Origin: Gemmatimonadaceae bacterium
Lineage (GTDB): Bacteria > Gemmatimonadota > Gemmatimonadetes > Gemmatimonadales > Gemmatimonadaceae
Length of the DNA stretch: 64,000 bases
Assembly: GCA_033763905.1 (NCBI GenBank)
Contig: JANRJP010000100.1
Span: 1-64,000, forward strand
Direction: 5' to 3'
Of the stretch, positions 10,108-18,952 are shown piece after piece. The notes under the pieces are model-generated. The model had not been told where the DNA came from. It worked only from the letters and a program-made list of their open reading frames with translations, and made no database searches. Both the position numbers and the translations under genes were made by a program. Position 1 is the first letter of the stretch, and each line of letters begins with the position of its first letter.

Positions 10108-12747
10108 ATGGCTTCCAACGCACCCGCGCTGAAAAAGAAGGCCGCCGAGTTCGAACAGAAGAAGCAGTTCGACAAGGCGTTGGCGTTGTATCGCCAAGTG
10201 CTCGACAGCGACGAGGGTGACGAGGATGTGTCGCTCTACAATCGCGTCGGCGATATGTACCTGCGCGCCGGCCAGGTGGGCGAAGCGGTCGAGATGTACG
10301 AGCGTGCCGTCGATCGGTACGACGATATGGGGCTCTACAACAACGCGATTGCGCTCTGCAACAAGATTCTGCGCCAGTCGCCGGGCCGCGTGTCGATCTA
10401 CTACAAGCTCGGCAAGGTGGCGGCCAAGAAGGGCTTCAAGAACGACGCGAAGGCGAACTTTCTCGAGTACGCCACGCGCAAGCAGAAGGATGGCGATCTC
10501 AACGAGGCGTTCCGCGCCCTGAGCGAGTTCGCAGATCTCTGTCCGGATCAGGACGACATCCGCCTGATGCTCGCCGATCAGCTGGCGAAGGAGGGGCGCA
10601 CCGCCGAGGCCCTCGACCAGCTGCAGACGCTGTATGACCGATATACCGCCGAGGGGAACACGGCCTCGGCCAACGCAACGGCAGCGCGGATGCGGGACCT
10701 CGATCCCGCCGCGGAGCCCGTCGCGTCGCGCGGGCCGGCGGTACATCGCAAGTCGAGCGATCTCGTCTTTCTCGATCTCGACGACGCGGCCACGGGCTCG
10801 CGCAAGGCGACGCCGCTTGGCGGGCCGACGATTCCCCCGCGTCGTCCCACGCCGTTGGCGACGCCGAGCATTCCGCCGGGCGCTGGTGCGCCGCCTGCGG
10901 CGTCTGGCGCATCGCCGTCGGATCTGATCGAGCTGCCGGACGACGACCTCTTCAACATTCCCGAAGCCGTCGAACTCGTCGGGCGGGACGAGGCGGATCC
11001 CACCTTTATCCAGGTGCCGCCCACGCCCGTCGATGTGCCGCTGGTGGATGTACCAGTCTCGCCGCCGGCCGAGACATCGCCGCTCGATGGGCTGCTGGAC
11101 CCGGCGGATGTGTTCGCGGCGCCGACGCCGAGCGATGCGCCTCGCGCGTCCGGACCGGTGACGGCGGAGACGTCGGGATCGCTCGATCTGCCGTTCCTGA
11201 GCACCGACGCGGACACGGCGGCACCGTCGGAGGCGGCATCGAGCGCGCCGGAGTCGTTGGCACTGCCGCCGCTGGACGAGGAGGCCGGCCCGGTGTTGGC
11301 GGAGTACGCCGAGTCGCTCGGAGTGGACCCCAGCCGCGTGACCGGTTCGCAACCGACGATCCCAGAGAGCCGCCGCCCGACGATCGAGATTCCGCCCGGG
11401 GTCTCGCCCTCGGACTTGCTCGAGTTGCCGGACTTCCCCGAGGTCGAAGCCCCCGAGCCTTCGGCGGATCTTGGCTTGCCGCTGATGGACGTGACCGCGG
11501 AGCCACCCGCGGCGGTCTCGCCATCGGATCTGCTCGAGTTGCCGGAGTTCCCCGAGACCGAGCCGCCGGCGGTCGTGGAGCCCGTCGCCAGCGCGCCGGA
11601 GACGGTACTTCCGCCGACGGTCGAACCGGAGCCTGCGCTGCCGGACTTCGACGAGCCGCCGCCGCCGCCCCGTCGGACGAGCGTCAGCTTGGCCCGTTCG
11701 GCTGCGTCGCTGCGCGACCGCTTGATGAACGACCCGGACAACGCCGATCTGCGCCGGACCTACGCCGAAGCGTTGCTCGACGACGGTGACCGGGAAGGGG
11801 GGCTCGCCGAACTCGAAGCGGCGATGGTCGCGTACGAGACCAGCGATGATCTCATCTCGGCGCGCTCCGTCGCGGACGAGATCGTGCGGCTCATTCCGAC
11901 GTCGATTCGGCATCAGCAGAAGCGCGTCGAGTACTGCTTCCGCTCGGGCGATCGCGCCGGACTGGTCGACGCGTACATCGACCTCGCGGACGCGCTGCTC
12001 AAGGACGGACAGACCGAGAAGTCGCGCTCGGTGTACCACCGCGTGCTCGATATCGCGCCGGGTGAGGCCCGAGCGACGACGGCGTTGAGCACCTTCGCCG
12101 CGGCGGAGCCCGCGGCGCCGCCACCGGCGGCCGATCCCAAGCGCTACACCGGCGGCGACGCACCGGCCGCCCGTCCGTCGACGCCGGCCTCCACGCCGGC
12201 CGCCGCCGACGCGGGCTCCGACTTCATCGACCTCGGCGACCTACTGCGGGAGGATGAGCCGCAGAAGAACACGCGGATGAAGGTCGACGACCAGGAACCG
12301 ACCGGCGACGAGGACGCGGACTTCAAGGATATGCTCCAGAAGTTCAAGCAGGGCGTCGCCGAGAACGTCGAGGAAGAGGACTACGACTCGCACTACGATC
12401 TCGGCGTCGCCTTCAAGGAAATGGGGCTCGTCGACGAAGCCATCAGCGAGTTCCAGAAGGCGCTCCGCGGCACGCATCACCGCGTCCGGTCGCACGAAGC
12501 CCTCGGGGCCTGCTTCATCGAGAAGCAGATGTGGCCCGTGGCGGCGACGATTCTGCAGAAGGCGCTGATGGAACCGAACCTTGACGATGCACAGTTGATC
12601 GGTGTGCTCTACAATCTCGGATTGACCTACGAACAGCTCGGCAAGCCCGCTGATGCGCTGGCGGTGTATCAGCGGGTGTTCGCGGTGGATATCGGTTTCG
12701 CGGACGTGGCCGATCGGGTGAATACGCTCAGCCGGTTGGGGTCGTGA
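10108..12747 (+). CDS. Large TPR protein with acidic Pro-rich disordered linker (SgmX-like architecture)
   Basis: N-terminal TPR array, about 350 aa P/E/D/A-rich linker, central TPRs, C-terminal TPRs beginning DYDSHYDLGVAFKEMGLVDEAISEFQKA. Confidence 0.85.
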   Translation: MASNAPALKKKAAEFEQKKQFDKALALYRQVLDSDEGDEDVSLYNRVGDMYLRAGQVGEAVEMYERAVDRYDDMGLYNNAIALCNKILRQSPGRVSIYYKLGKVAAKKGFKNDAKANFLEYATRKQKDGDLNEAFRALSEFADLCPDQDDIRLMLADQLAKEGRTAEALDQLQTLYDRYTAEGNTASANATAARMRDLDPAAEPVASRGPAVHRKSSDLVFLDLDDAATGSRKATPLGGPTIPPRRPTPLATPSIPPGAGAPPAASGASPSDLIELPDDDLFNIPEAVELVGRDEADPTFIQVPPTPVDVPLVDVPVSPPAETSPLDGLLDPADVFAAPTPSDAPRASGPVTAETSGSLDLPFLSTDADTAAPSEAASSAPESLALPPLDEEAGPVLAEYAESLGVDPSRVTGSQPTIPESRRPTIEIPPGVSPSDLLELPDFPEVEAPEPSADLGLPLMDVTAEPPAAVSPSDLLELPEFPETEPPAVVEPVASAPETVLPPTVEPEPALPDFDEPPPPPRRTSVSLARSAASLRDRLMNDPDNADLRRTYAEALLDDGDREGGLAELEAAMVAYETSDDLISARSVADEIVRLIPTSIRHQQKRVEYCFRSGDRAGLVDAYIDLADALLKDGQTEKSRSVYHRVLDIAPGEARATTALSTFAAAEPAAPPPAADPKRYTGGDAPAARPSTPASTPAAADAGSDFIDLGDLLREDEPQKNTRMKVDDQEPTGDEDADFKDMLQKFKQGVAENVEEEDYDSHYDLGVAFKEMGLVDEAISEFQKALRGTHHRVRSHEALGACFIEKQMWPVAATILQKALMEPNLDDAQLIGVLYNLGLTYEQLGKPADALAVYQRVFAVDIGFADVADRVNTLSRLGS
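11401..11556 (+). repeat. Internal coding duplication, 114-nt period (VSPSDLLELP[D/E]FPE)
   Basis: GTCTCGCCnTCGGAyyTGCTCGAGTTGCCGGAnTTCCCCGAG at 11401 and 11515; a third diverged copy (SPSDLIELPD) near 10912. Confidence 0.85.
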
Positions 12748-13748
12748 CCGCGGTGCCAACGGCCCGCGACCTGGCGAGCGCTCTTCGGGAGATTCAGGCG
12801 CCCGTCCGTGCGAGACTCGAGCAGGTGGTGCTCGAGATGCAGCGGTTGGCGGGCTCGTCCACCGAGCCGGTGGCGCAGGATGTGGCGCGGCACGTGATGC
12901 AGATGCGGGGCAAGATGGTGCGCCCCACGCTGCTGCTGCTCTCGAGCGAAGTCGCGGGCGTCGTCGATTCGCGCGCCGAGTCGATGGCCGCGGTCGTCGA
13001 GCTGATCCACCTGTCCTCGCTGGTGCACGATGACGCGGTCGATCACTCGGCCCTGCGCCGCGGCTTGCCGACGGTCAACGCGGCGTTCAGCCATCAGGTC
13101 GCGGTGATTATGGGCGACTACTTCTACTCCCGCGCGCTCCTCGAACTGAGCGAGCGGCGCGAGTGGGAAGCGCTGAGCATCTTCGCCAAGGCCTCGCACG
13201 AGCTGACGATCGGTGAAGTCCGTCAGTTGGGCGCGGTGCAGATGCTCGATTTCGCCGAAGGGGACTACGAGCGGCTGATTGCCAGCAAGACGGCGGCGCT
13301 CTTCCGCGCCGCCTGCGAGGCGGGGGCACTGGTCGGCGCGCCAGCGCATCGTGCGGCGCTGGCCACCTTCGGGGAGCGCCTCGGGATGGCCTTCCAGGTG
13401 GCGGACGATCTACTCGACTATGTCGCCTTCGAGGAGACCACCGGGAAGCCGCACGGCCTCGACCTCAAGGAACACAAGGTCACGCTGCCGCTCATCGCGG
13501 CACTCAAGACGATGTCGGCAGCGGACCGCGCCAAGGTGGATGCCCTGTTCCGCACGACGGAGCCGTCGGACGCACAGGTGACCGAGATCATCGGCATTGT
13601 GGCGTCCAGCGGCGGGCTCGAGTACGCGCGTCGTCGCGGCGTCGAGTATGCGCTCGAGGCCGAAGCGGCCCTCAAGACGGTGCCGGACGGGCCGGCCAAG
13701 TCCGCGCTGGCTGAGACGCTCTCGTACGTGATGGACCGGAGGGGCTGA
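12744..13748 (+). CDS. Polyprenyl diphosphate synthase (IspB/HepT family)
   Basis: GKMVRP, first Asp-rich motif LVHDDAVD..LRRG, KTA, second motif FQVADDLLD. Confidence 0.95.
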   Translation: MTAVPTARDLASALREIQAPVRARLEQVVLEMQRLAGSSTEPVAQDVARHVMQMRGKMVRPTLLLLSSEVAGVVDSRAESMAAVVELIHLSSLVHDDAVDHSALRRGLPTVNAAFSHQVAVIMGDYFYSRALLELSERREWEALSIFAKASHELTIGEVRQLGAVQMLDFAEGDYERLIASKTAALFRAACEAGALVGAPAHRAALATFGERLGMAFQVADDLLDYVAFEETTGKPHGLDLKEHKVTLPLIAALKTMSAADRAKVDALFRTTEPSDAQVTEIIGIVASSGGLEYARRRGVEYALEAEAALKTVPDGPAKSALAETLSYVMDRRG

Positions 13749-14029
13749 TGGCGACGCGTGGCACCGCCCGGCATCGGCCGCTGTATCACGCCGTCGTCCT
13801 CGCAATCGGCTTCGTCGTCGGCGGATTTATGACCGCGTTCGCCCGTCGCTTCCTGCCGGTCGGCGCGGTCAAGGAGTTCCTGACCACCGGTGTGACCCCC
13901 TCGGTCGGCCCGCTGCCGATCGATCTGATCATCCTCAAGTTCGCGATCGGGCCGATCGCGTTGGATGTCTCCCTGCTTTCGCTCGTCGGTGTGCTTGTGG
14001 CATACTTGATTGCGCGGTCTCTCTTCTAG
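13748..14029 (+). CDS. Small membrane protein, DUF4321-like
   Basis: 93 aa with two hydrophobic segments and a PIDLIILKFAIG..LDVSLLSLVG pattern; TGATG coupling to the upstream gene. Confidence 0.65.
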   Translation: MATRGTARHRPLYHAVVLAIGFVVGGFMTAFARRFLPVGAVKEFLTTGVTPSVGPLPIDLIILKFAIGPIALDVSLLSLVGVLVAYLIARSLF

Positions 14030-14037
14030 GAGGATTT

Positions 14038-14289
14038 ATGCCGTTCGGACTTGGGATGGGCGAGCTGCTCATCATTCTCGTGATCATCCTGCTCGTGTTC
14101 GGAGCGCGCCGCATTCCGGAGATCGCCGGCTCCTTCGGGAAGGGCATCAAGGAGTTCAAGCGCAACATCAACGAAGTGGGCAACGAGATCCGCGCCCCCG
14201 CCGAGCGCAGCGGCTCGCTGCCGGTCGGGTCGGCGGCTGCCGCGCCGGTCGAGGAAGAACGCCCGGAGCCGAAGCGCTTGATGAACTGA
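14038..14289 (+). CDS. tatA: Twin-arginine translocase subunit TatA/E
   Basis: GLGMGELLIILVIILLVFGARRIPEIAGSFGKGIKEFK; AGGAGG Shine-Dalgarno at 14028-14033. Confidence 0.96.
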   Translation: MPFGLGMGELLIILVIILLVFGARRIPEIAGSFGKGIKEFKRNINEVGNEIRAPAERSGSLPVGSAAAAPVEEERPEPKRLMN

Positions 14290-14316
14290 GCTCGGCGCGC
14301 GCGACCCGCGCCGCCG

Positions 14317-14361
14317 AAAAACAGCGCGCCCCCGGTCAGTCGACCGGGGGCGCGCTCGTTT
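14317..14361. terminator. Intrinsic terminator between convergent tatA and PPIase genes (probably bidirectional)
   Basis: Perfect 15-bp stem AGCGCGCCCCCGGTC (14323-14337) / GACCGGGGGCGCGCT (14342-14356), 4-nt loop; AAAAA upstream and CGTTT downstream. Confidence 0.9.
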
Positions 14362-14389
14362 GTCGACCGGCGGATGCCGGCTCGGCCGA

Positions 14390-16222
14390 TCAGGCCGAGC
14401 GGCGGACCGCTTCCTGAATCTCGCGGCGCTTGTCCTTCACGCCGGACGACTTCCGGAGGAACTCGAGATACTCGCGGACGCGCTGCTCGCGCAGCGTGCG
14501 GAGGAGGAACTCCCGCTGCTGTGCCTTCTGGGCGACCCAGGCCGCCGAGTCCGCGGCCACGCGGCGATCCACGGACATCACCACGAGCCCCTCGGTCGTT
14601 TCGATCGGCGCGCTGACCTGGCCGATCGGCAGCGTGAAGGCGGCACCAATCGCCTCGTTCGCACGACCGAGACCGGCCACGGCGGTGAGGCGGGTGAAGG
14701 GCCGGCCCGCGTTGAGCGCGAGGCCCGCTTCCGTGGCGGCCGCCGCCATCCCGCGCCGCTTGGCGGCGTCGGCGAAGGCCAGGGCCCGCGTGTCGAGCGT
14801 GCGAATCGCCTTCTGGCGACCCAACTTCGCGCGGATTTCGTCCTTCACCCGCTCCAAGGGCTGCACGCCGCCGAGCTGCAGCGAATCCAAGCGCGCCAGA
14901 TAGTAGGCGTTCTCGTCATCGAACAGATCGCTCGTCTCGCCGACCTTGGCACCGCCAAAGGCCCACGCGCTGACGCTCGGCACCGGCCGACCATCGAGAC
15001 CGATCACCGGCTCGCCCTGAATCGCAATCAGCTGCACCGGCACCAGCGAGAACTTCTTCGCTGCACTGTCGAACTTGGCGGCCACGTCGCTCCCCGCAGC
15101 GGCCGACGACAGCGAGTCCGCGCGACGGTCGGTCCGCGTGGCGCTCGAGTCGCTCTGGGCGATGCGAACAAGGATGTGACGGAGCGACAGGGTGTCACCC
15201 TTGCGCGAGTCCACCTTGATCAGGTGGTAGCCGAACTGCGTGAGCACCGGCTCCGACAGCTGGCCCGGCTTGAGCGCGAAGGCCGCCTTCTCGAACTCGG
15301 GCACGAACCGGCCACGCGGGCCGGAACCCAGCGAGCCGCCGTCACGCCCCGAGACGGAGTCCGCCGACTCGGCCTTCGCCGCATCTTCGAAGCTCCGCGT
15401 GCCAGCCGCGATCTCGCGACGCAGGCCGAGCACGCGCTCCCGCGCGGCGGACGAGTCCGCGGCCGTGACCGCGCGCGTGATGTTGACGAGCGAGACCAGC
15501 GCGCGACCCGGACGGTCGAAGTCGGCCTTGTGCGACTCGTAGTAGGCCTTCACCTCGGCGTCCGACACGGCCGGCGGCGACACGTTCTGGTCTTCCGGCG
15601 TGAATTGCACGAAAGTCGCCACGGCCGTGTCCCGCTGGTCGCGGAACGCTTCCCAGAGGCGGGCATCCGTCACCCACACCTCCGAGGCGATCTGCTGGAA
15701 CAGCTTCTGGCGCGGGATCTCTTCGCGGTAGTAGGACTCGAGCTGGAACAGCAGGCCCTGCTGCTTCGCCGCGGGCGACCGGAGGAAGCGCTCGTACTTG
15801 GCCGGGTCGAAGCGGCCGTCCGTCTGCAGTTCGGACGCGCGAAGCAACTGGGGCGGCGGCGCAAACTTCGCCGCCTCCGTGATTTCGGCATCGGTGACCT
15901 GGATGCCACGCTTCTTGTATTCCTGCTGCAGGAGGATCTCGTTCACCAACTGTTCGAAGGCCTGGTCCTCGACCCGGGCGCGCTCATCGAGCGACAGCCC
16001 GCGTCCGGCCTGCTCCTCCTGCTGCTGGGCGAGGTTCTGCGACAGCGTCAGCCACGTCTGGTATGGAATCTCCTGGCCATTGACGGAGGCGACCGCAGTG
16101 GTCGCCGTGACGGGCGACCGGCCGAGGAGGCCAGAGGTCTCAACGAGCAGAAAACCGCCGACGAAGGCGATGATCAGGAGAATCCAGATGTACTTCGCTT
16201 GGTTGCGAAACGACTCCAACAC
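14390..16222 (-). CDS. Membrane-anchored parvulin-type peptidylprolyl isomerase (PpiD/SurA-like)
   Basis: N-terminal TM anchor, SurA_N-like region, rotamase SFEDAAKAESAD..GGSLG..FVPEFEKAAF..TQFGYHLIKV; AGGAG SD upstream of the GTG start. Confidence 0.92.
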   Translation of the reverse strand: MLESFRNQAKYIWILLIIAFVGGFLLVETSGLLGRSPVTATTAVASVNGQEIPYQTWLTLSQNLAQQQEEQAGRGLSLDERARVEDQAFEQLVNEILLQQEYKKRGIQVTDAEITEAAKFAPPPQLLRASELQTDGRFDPAKYERFLRSPAAKQQGLLFQLESYYREEIPRQKLFQQIASEVWVTDARLWEAFRDQRDTAVATFVQFTPEDQNVSPPAVSDAEVKAYYESHKADFDRPGRALVSLVNITRAVTAADSSAARERVLGLRREIAAGTRSFEDAAKAESADSVSGRDGGSLGSGPRGRFVPEFEKAAFALKPGQLSEPVLTQFGYHLIKVDSRKGDTLSLRHILVRIAQSDSSATRTDRRADSLSSAAAGSDVAAKFDSAAKKFSLVPVQLIAIQGEPVIGLDGRPVPSVSAWAFGGAKVGETSDLFDDENAYYLARLDSLQLGGVQPLERVKDEIRAKLGRQKAIRTLDTRALAFADAAKRRGMAAAATEAGLALNAGRPFTRLTAVAGLGRANEAIGAAFTLPIGQVSAPIETTEGLVVMSVDRRVAADSAAWVAQKAQQREFLLRTLREQRVREYLEFLRKSSGVKDKRREIQEAVRRSA

Positions 16223-16339
16223 CGGGGTCGAGCTCCTACAAGAAATGGCGGGAAGGGAACGGCGCGTCCGGTAGTTCGGACAGCCGAGAAACGTACCCGG
16301 CGACGTGAGCCAAAATCAAGCAAATCCGCTACTTCCGAA

Positions 16340-16369
16340 TTGACGGTCTCGCCGCATTCCGTGTACGTT
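16340..16369 (+). promoter_or_regulatory. Putative sigma70-type promoter for the TPR-aroQ-acc-pilT operon
   Basis: TTGACG (16340-16345), 18-nt spacer, TACGTT (16364-16369), in the divergent intergenic region. Confidence 0.55.
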
Positions 16370-16415
16370 CCCCTACTAACCACCGCTCGTCCTACGGGCG
16401 ACGACGAGGTCGCGA

Positions 16416-18506
16416 ATGGGCATTTCCGCCCGCATTGACGAACTGACGAAGAAGTTCGACGAGAACCCGCGCCGGTACTTCGCCCCTCTGGCGAACGAGT
16501 ACCGGAAGGCGGGGCAGCTCGAGCAGGCGATTGCCATCTGCCAGATGCATCTGGCGGAGCAGCCCACGCATATGTCCGGACACATCGTGTACGGACAGGC
16601 GCTCTTCGAGGCCGGTCAGTTCGATGAGGCGCAGCGCGTGTTTACGGCGGCGCTCGCGCTCGACCCGGAAAACCTGATCGCCCTGCGTCACTTGGGCGAC
16701 ATCGCCCGGACCTCGGGTGATCCGGTCCAAGCGGGGGCCTGGTACCAGCGCGTGCTCGATGCGGACCCTCGCAACGACGAGATCGCCGAGTTGGTGCGCG
16801 AAATGGCGGCCGCCACACCGGTGGAGGGCTTCGCCGGCCTTCCGGCCGACGACGTTGCGCCGCCGATCGATCCGGCCGTCGCCGAGGCGCCCACGCAGGA
16901 GTTCGTGCCGCCGGCCTTGCCGATGCTCGATACCGAGCCTGCGGCGCCGGCCGCCGCCGCCGTGCCCATGCCGGAGCCGCTCCCCGACCTCGATCCGAGG
17001 CCGTCGGTCATTCTGCAGGCCTCGGAGCTGCCGGTGGAGAACGTCGTCGAACCCCTGCCGCGGACGCTCGAGATCCCGGCGGTCGACGCGCAGCGCGTGC
17101 TGGAGGACGCCGCTGCTCGCCGGGCGGCCGCCGAGGCCGCTGCCCAGGAGCTCCACACCGCGAGCGAGCTGTCGGAGGCGTCGCTGACCGCCGCCATCGT
17201 GCCGGATGATCTGCCCGTCTACGACATCTCCACTGATGGGCCGCTGGATTCGTCGGCCGTCCTCGATGCGTTCGAGCCCGGCCTGCCGACAACGGACCCG
17301 ATGGATATGGTCGACGACTTCGAGAGTGGTGCGGAGTCGTTGCTGGAGTCGGGACGCGCGGCGCCGGTCGAGCCCAGCCCACTCGAACAGCTCGAGTCCC
17401 GCGTGGGCGACCTGGGGGACCCGGCGCCGCTCATTGGCGGCAAGGGGGCCGATGTCGGCGATGGGTTGGACTTTATGGACAACCCGCTGGCGGATCTCAT
17501 TCCGATCGGCGGACCCACCCCGCCGCCGGAGCCGTCGCCGCTCGACGCGTTCTCGCTGATCGACGAGCAGGGCGCAGGTCTCGAGCCCGAGGCCCCATTG
17601 CCGCCGCCGACCCCGATGGCCGAGGTCGAGATCGCCGAGACGCCTGATGTGCCGCTGCCCGTGCGCGCCATCGAAAGCGTGGCCCCAGCGCCGGAGCCAG
17701 CGCCGGAGCCAGATTCGTCTTTGGTGGCGGTGCCGGTGCCGGAGCCGGAGCCCGCGGCGGCGACGGCGCCCGCCGAGCCCTTCGTGACGGAAGCGATGGC
17801 CGAGGTGCTCGAGCGCCAGGGCCTCGATGCGCAGGCGGCGGACGTGTACCGGCAATTGCTCGCGCAACGGCCGGACGATGCGCGGCTGTCCGCACGACTC
17901 TCCGCCATCGACGCCCGACTCGCGCCTGCGGGGCCCAGCGTGCGTGAGTGGTTCGCGCGGTTGGCCTCGGCGAAGCCGAGGATGTCGTCGATGATGGTGG
18001 CGGTGCCAGAGGCTCCGGCGGTCGCCGCCGCGGTCGTCGCCGCTGCGGTCGTCAGCGATGCGTCGACGGCGCCGACCGCGCCGACCGCGCCGACCGCGGC
18101 GACCGCGCCGATGGCACCGGAGCCGGTGCCTGCGGAGCACGCCGCAGCGCCGGTGCTCGCGTCCGGGGGCTTGGAGGCGCTGTTCGGTGCGCCGACCAAT
18201 GCCGCCGACGAGGCCGCCGCTCGCGTCCTGGCGGCGCTGTACGATGCGGTCGAGCCGGCCGCCGTGCCCGGCATCGCCCCGGCGATCGTGGGGGCACCGA
18301 CCGCGCCGGCATCGGACGAACTCTCGCTCAGCACGGTGTTCGAGCCGCCGGCTCCGCCCGCGCCGGCACCGCGGTCGAGCGCGTCGTTCTCCTTCGATCA
18401 GTTCTTCACGCCCACCAGCAAGCCCGCCGCGGCGCCGGCTCCGGCGAGCAGTGACGCCGAGATGGCCGAGTTCTCACGCTGGTTGGACGGACTCAAGAAG
18501 CAGTGA
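16416..18506 (+). CDS. TPR protein with long acidic Pro/Ala-rich linker
   Basis: N-terminal TPRs (RYFAPLANEYRKAG...), low-complexity middle, isolated TPR VTEAMAEVLERQGLDAQAADVYRQLL, C-terminal FSFDQFF and EFSRWLDGLKKQ helices. Confidence 0.85.
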   Translation: MGISARIDELTKKFDENPRRYFAPLANEYRKAGQLEQAIAICQMHLAEQPTHMSGHIVYGQALFEAGQFDEAQRVFTAALALDPENLIALRHLGDIARTSGDPVQAGAWYQRVLDADPRNDEIAELVREMAAATPVEGFAGLPADDVAPPIDPAVAEAPTQEFVPPALPMLDTEPAAPAAAAVPMPEPLPDLDPRPSVILQASELPVENVVEPLPRTLEIPAVDAQRVLEDAAARRAAAEAAAQELHTASELSEASLTAAIVPDDLPVYDISTDGPLDSSAVLDAFEPGLPTTDPMDMVDDFESGAESLLESGRAAPVEPSPLEQLESRVGDLGDPAPLIGGKGADVGDGLDFMDNPLADLIPIGGPTPPPEPSPLDAFSLIDEQGAGLEPEAPLPPPTPMAEVEIAETPDVPLPVRAIESVAPAPEPAPEPDSSLVAVPVPEPEPAAATAPAEPFVTEAMAEVLERQGLDAQAADVYRQLLAQRPDDARLSARLSAIDARLAPAGPSVREWFARLASAKPRMSSMMVAVPEAPAVAAAVVAAAVVSDASTAPTAPTAPTAATAPMAPEPVPAEHAAAPVLASGGLEALFGAPTNAADEAAARVLAALYDAVEPAAVPGIAPAIVGAPTAPASDELSLSTVFEPPAPPAPAPRSSASFSFDQFFTPTSKPAAAPAPASSDAEMAEFSRWLDGLKKQ
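18066..18110 (+). repeat. In-frame 9-bp tandem repeat x5 encoding TAP-TAP-TAP-TAA-TAP
   Basis: ACGGCGCCG ACCGCGCCG ACCGCGCCG ACCGCGGCG ACCGCGCCG. Confidence 0.85.
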
Positions 18507-18952
18507 GGATCGCCGTCCTGAATGGGCCGAGTCTGAACTTGCTCGGCACGCGGGAGCCGCATCTGTATGGCACGACGACGCTGGCCGAGCTCGAGGCTCG
18601 GCTGGTGTCCCGGGCGCACACGCTGGGTGTCGAACTCGACGCGGCGCAGTTCAATGGCGAGGGCCAGCTGATCGACGCGATCCACGGCCTCCGCGGTCGC
18701 GCCGACGGCTTGCTGATCAACGCGGCCGCGTACACGCACACCTCGCTGGCGATTCGCGATGCGCTGCAGGCGGTGCGCGTGCCCTACGTCGAGGTCCACC
18801 TGACGAACATCCACGCGCGAGAGCCGGAACGTCGCCACTCGTGGCTCTCCGCCGGCGCCGTTGGTGTGATCGTGGGTTTCGGCGCGCACGGATACGAACT
18901 CGGGCTGGACGCATTGGTCGCGCACCTCAAGGCCGCCGGTGTCGGCGCCTGA
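18503..18952 (+). CDS. aroQ: Type II 3-dehydroquinate dehydratase
   Basis: LNGPSLNLLGTREPHLYG, INAAAYTHTSLAIRDA, EVHLTNIHARE..RHS. Confidence 0.97.
   Translation: MRIAVLNGPSLNLLGTREPHLYGTTTLAELEARLVSRAHTLGVELDAAQFNGEGQLIDAIHGLRGRADGLLINAAAYTHTSLAIRDALQAVRVPYVEVHLTNIHAREPERRHSWLSAGAVGVIVGFGAHGYELGLDALVAHLKAAGVGA

Noticed and set aside
14360..16438. 692-aa plus-strand ORF
   Set aside because: It is the antisense shadow of the PPIase gene and has no recognisable domain.
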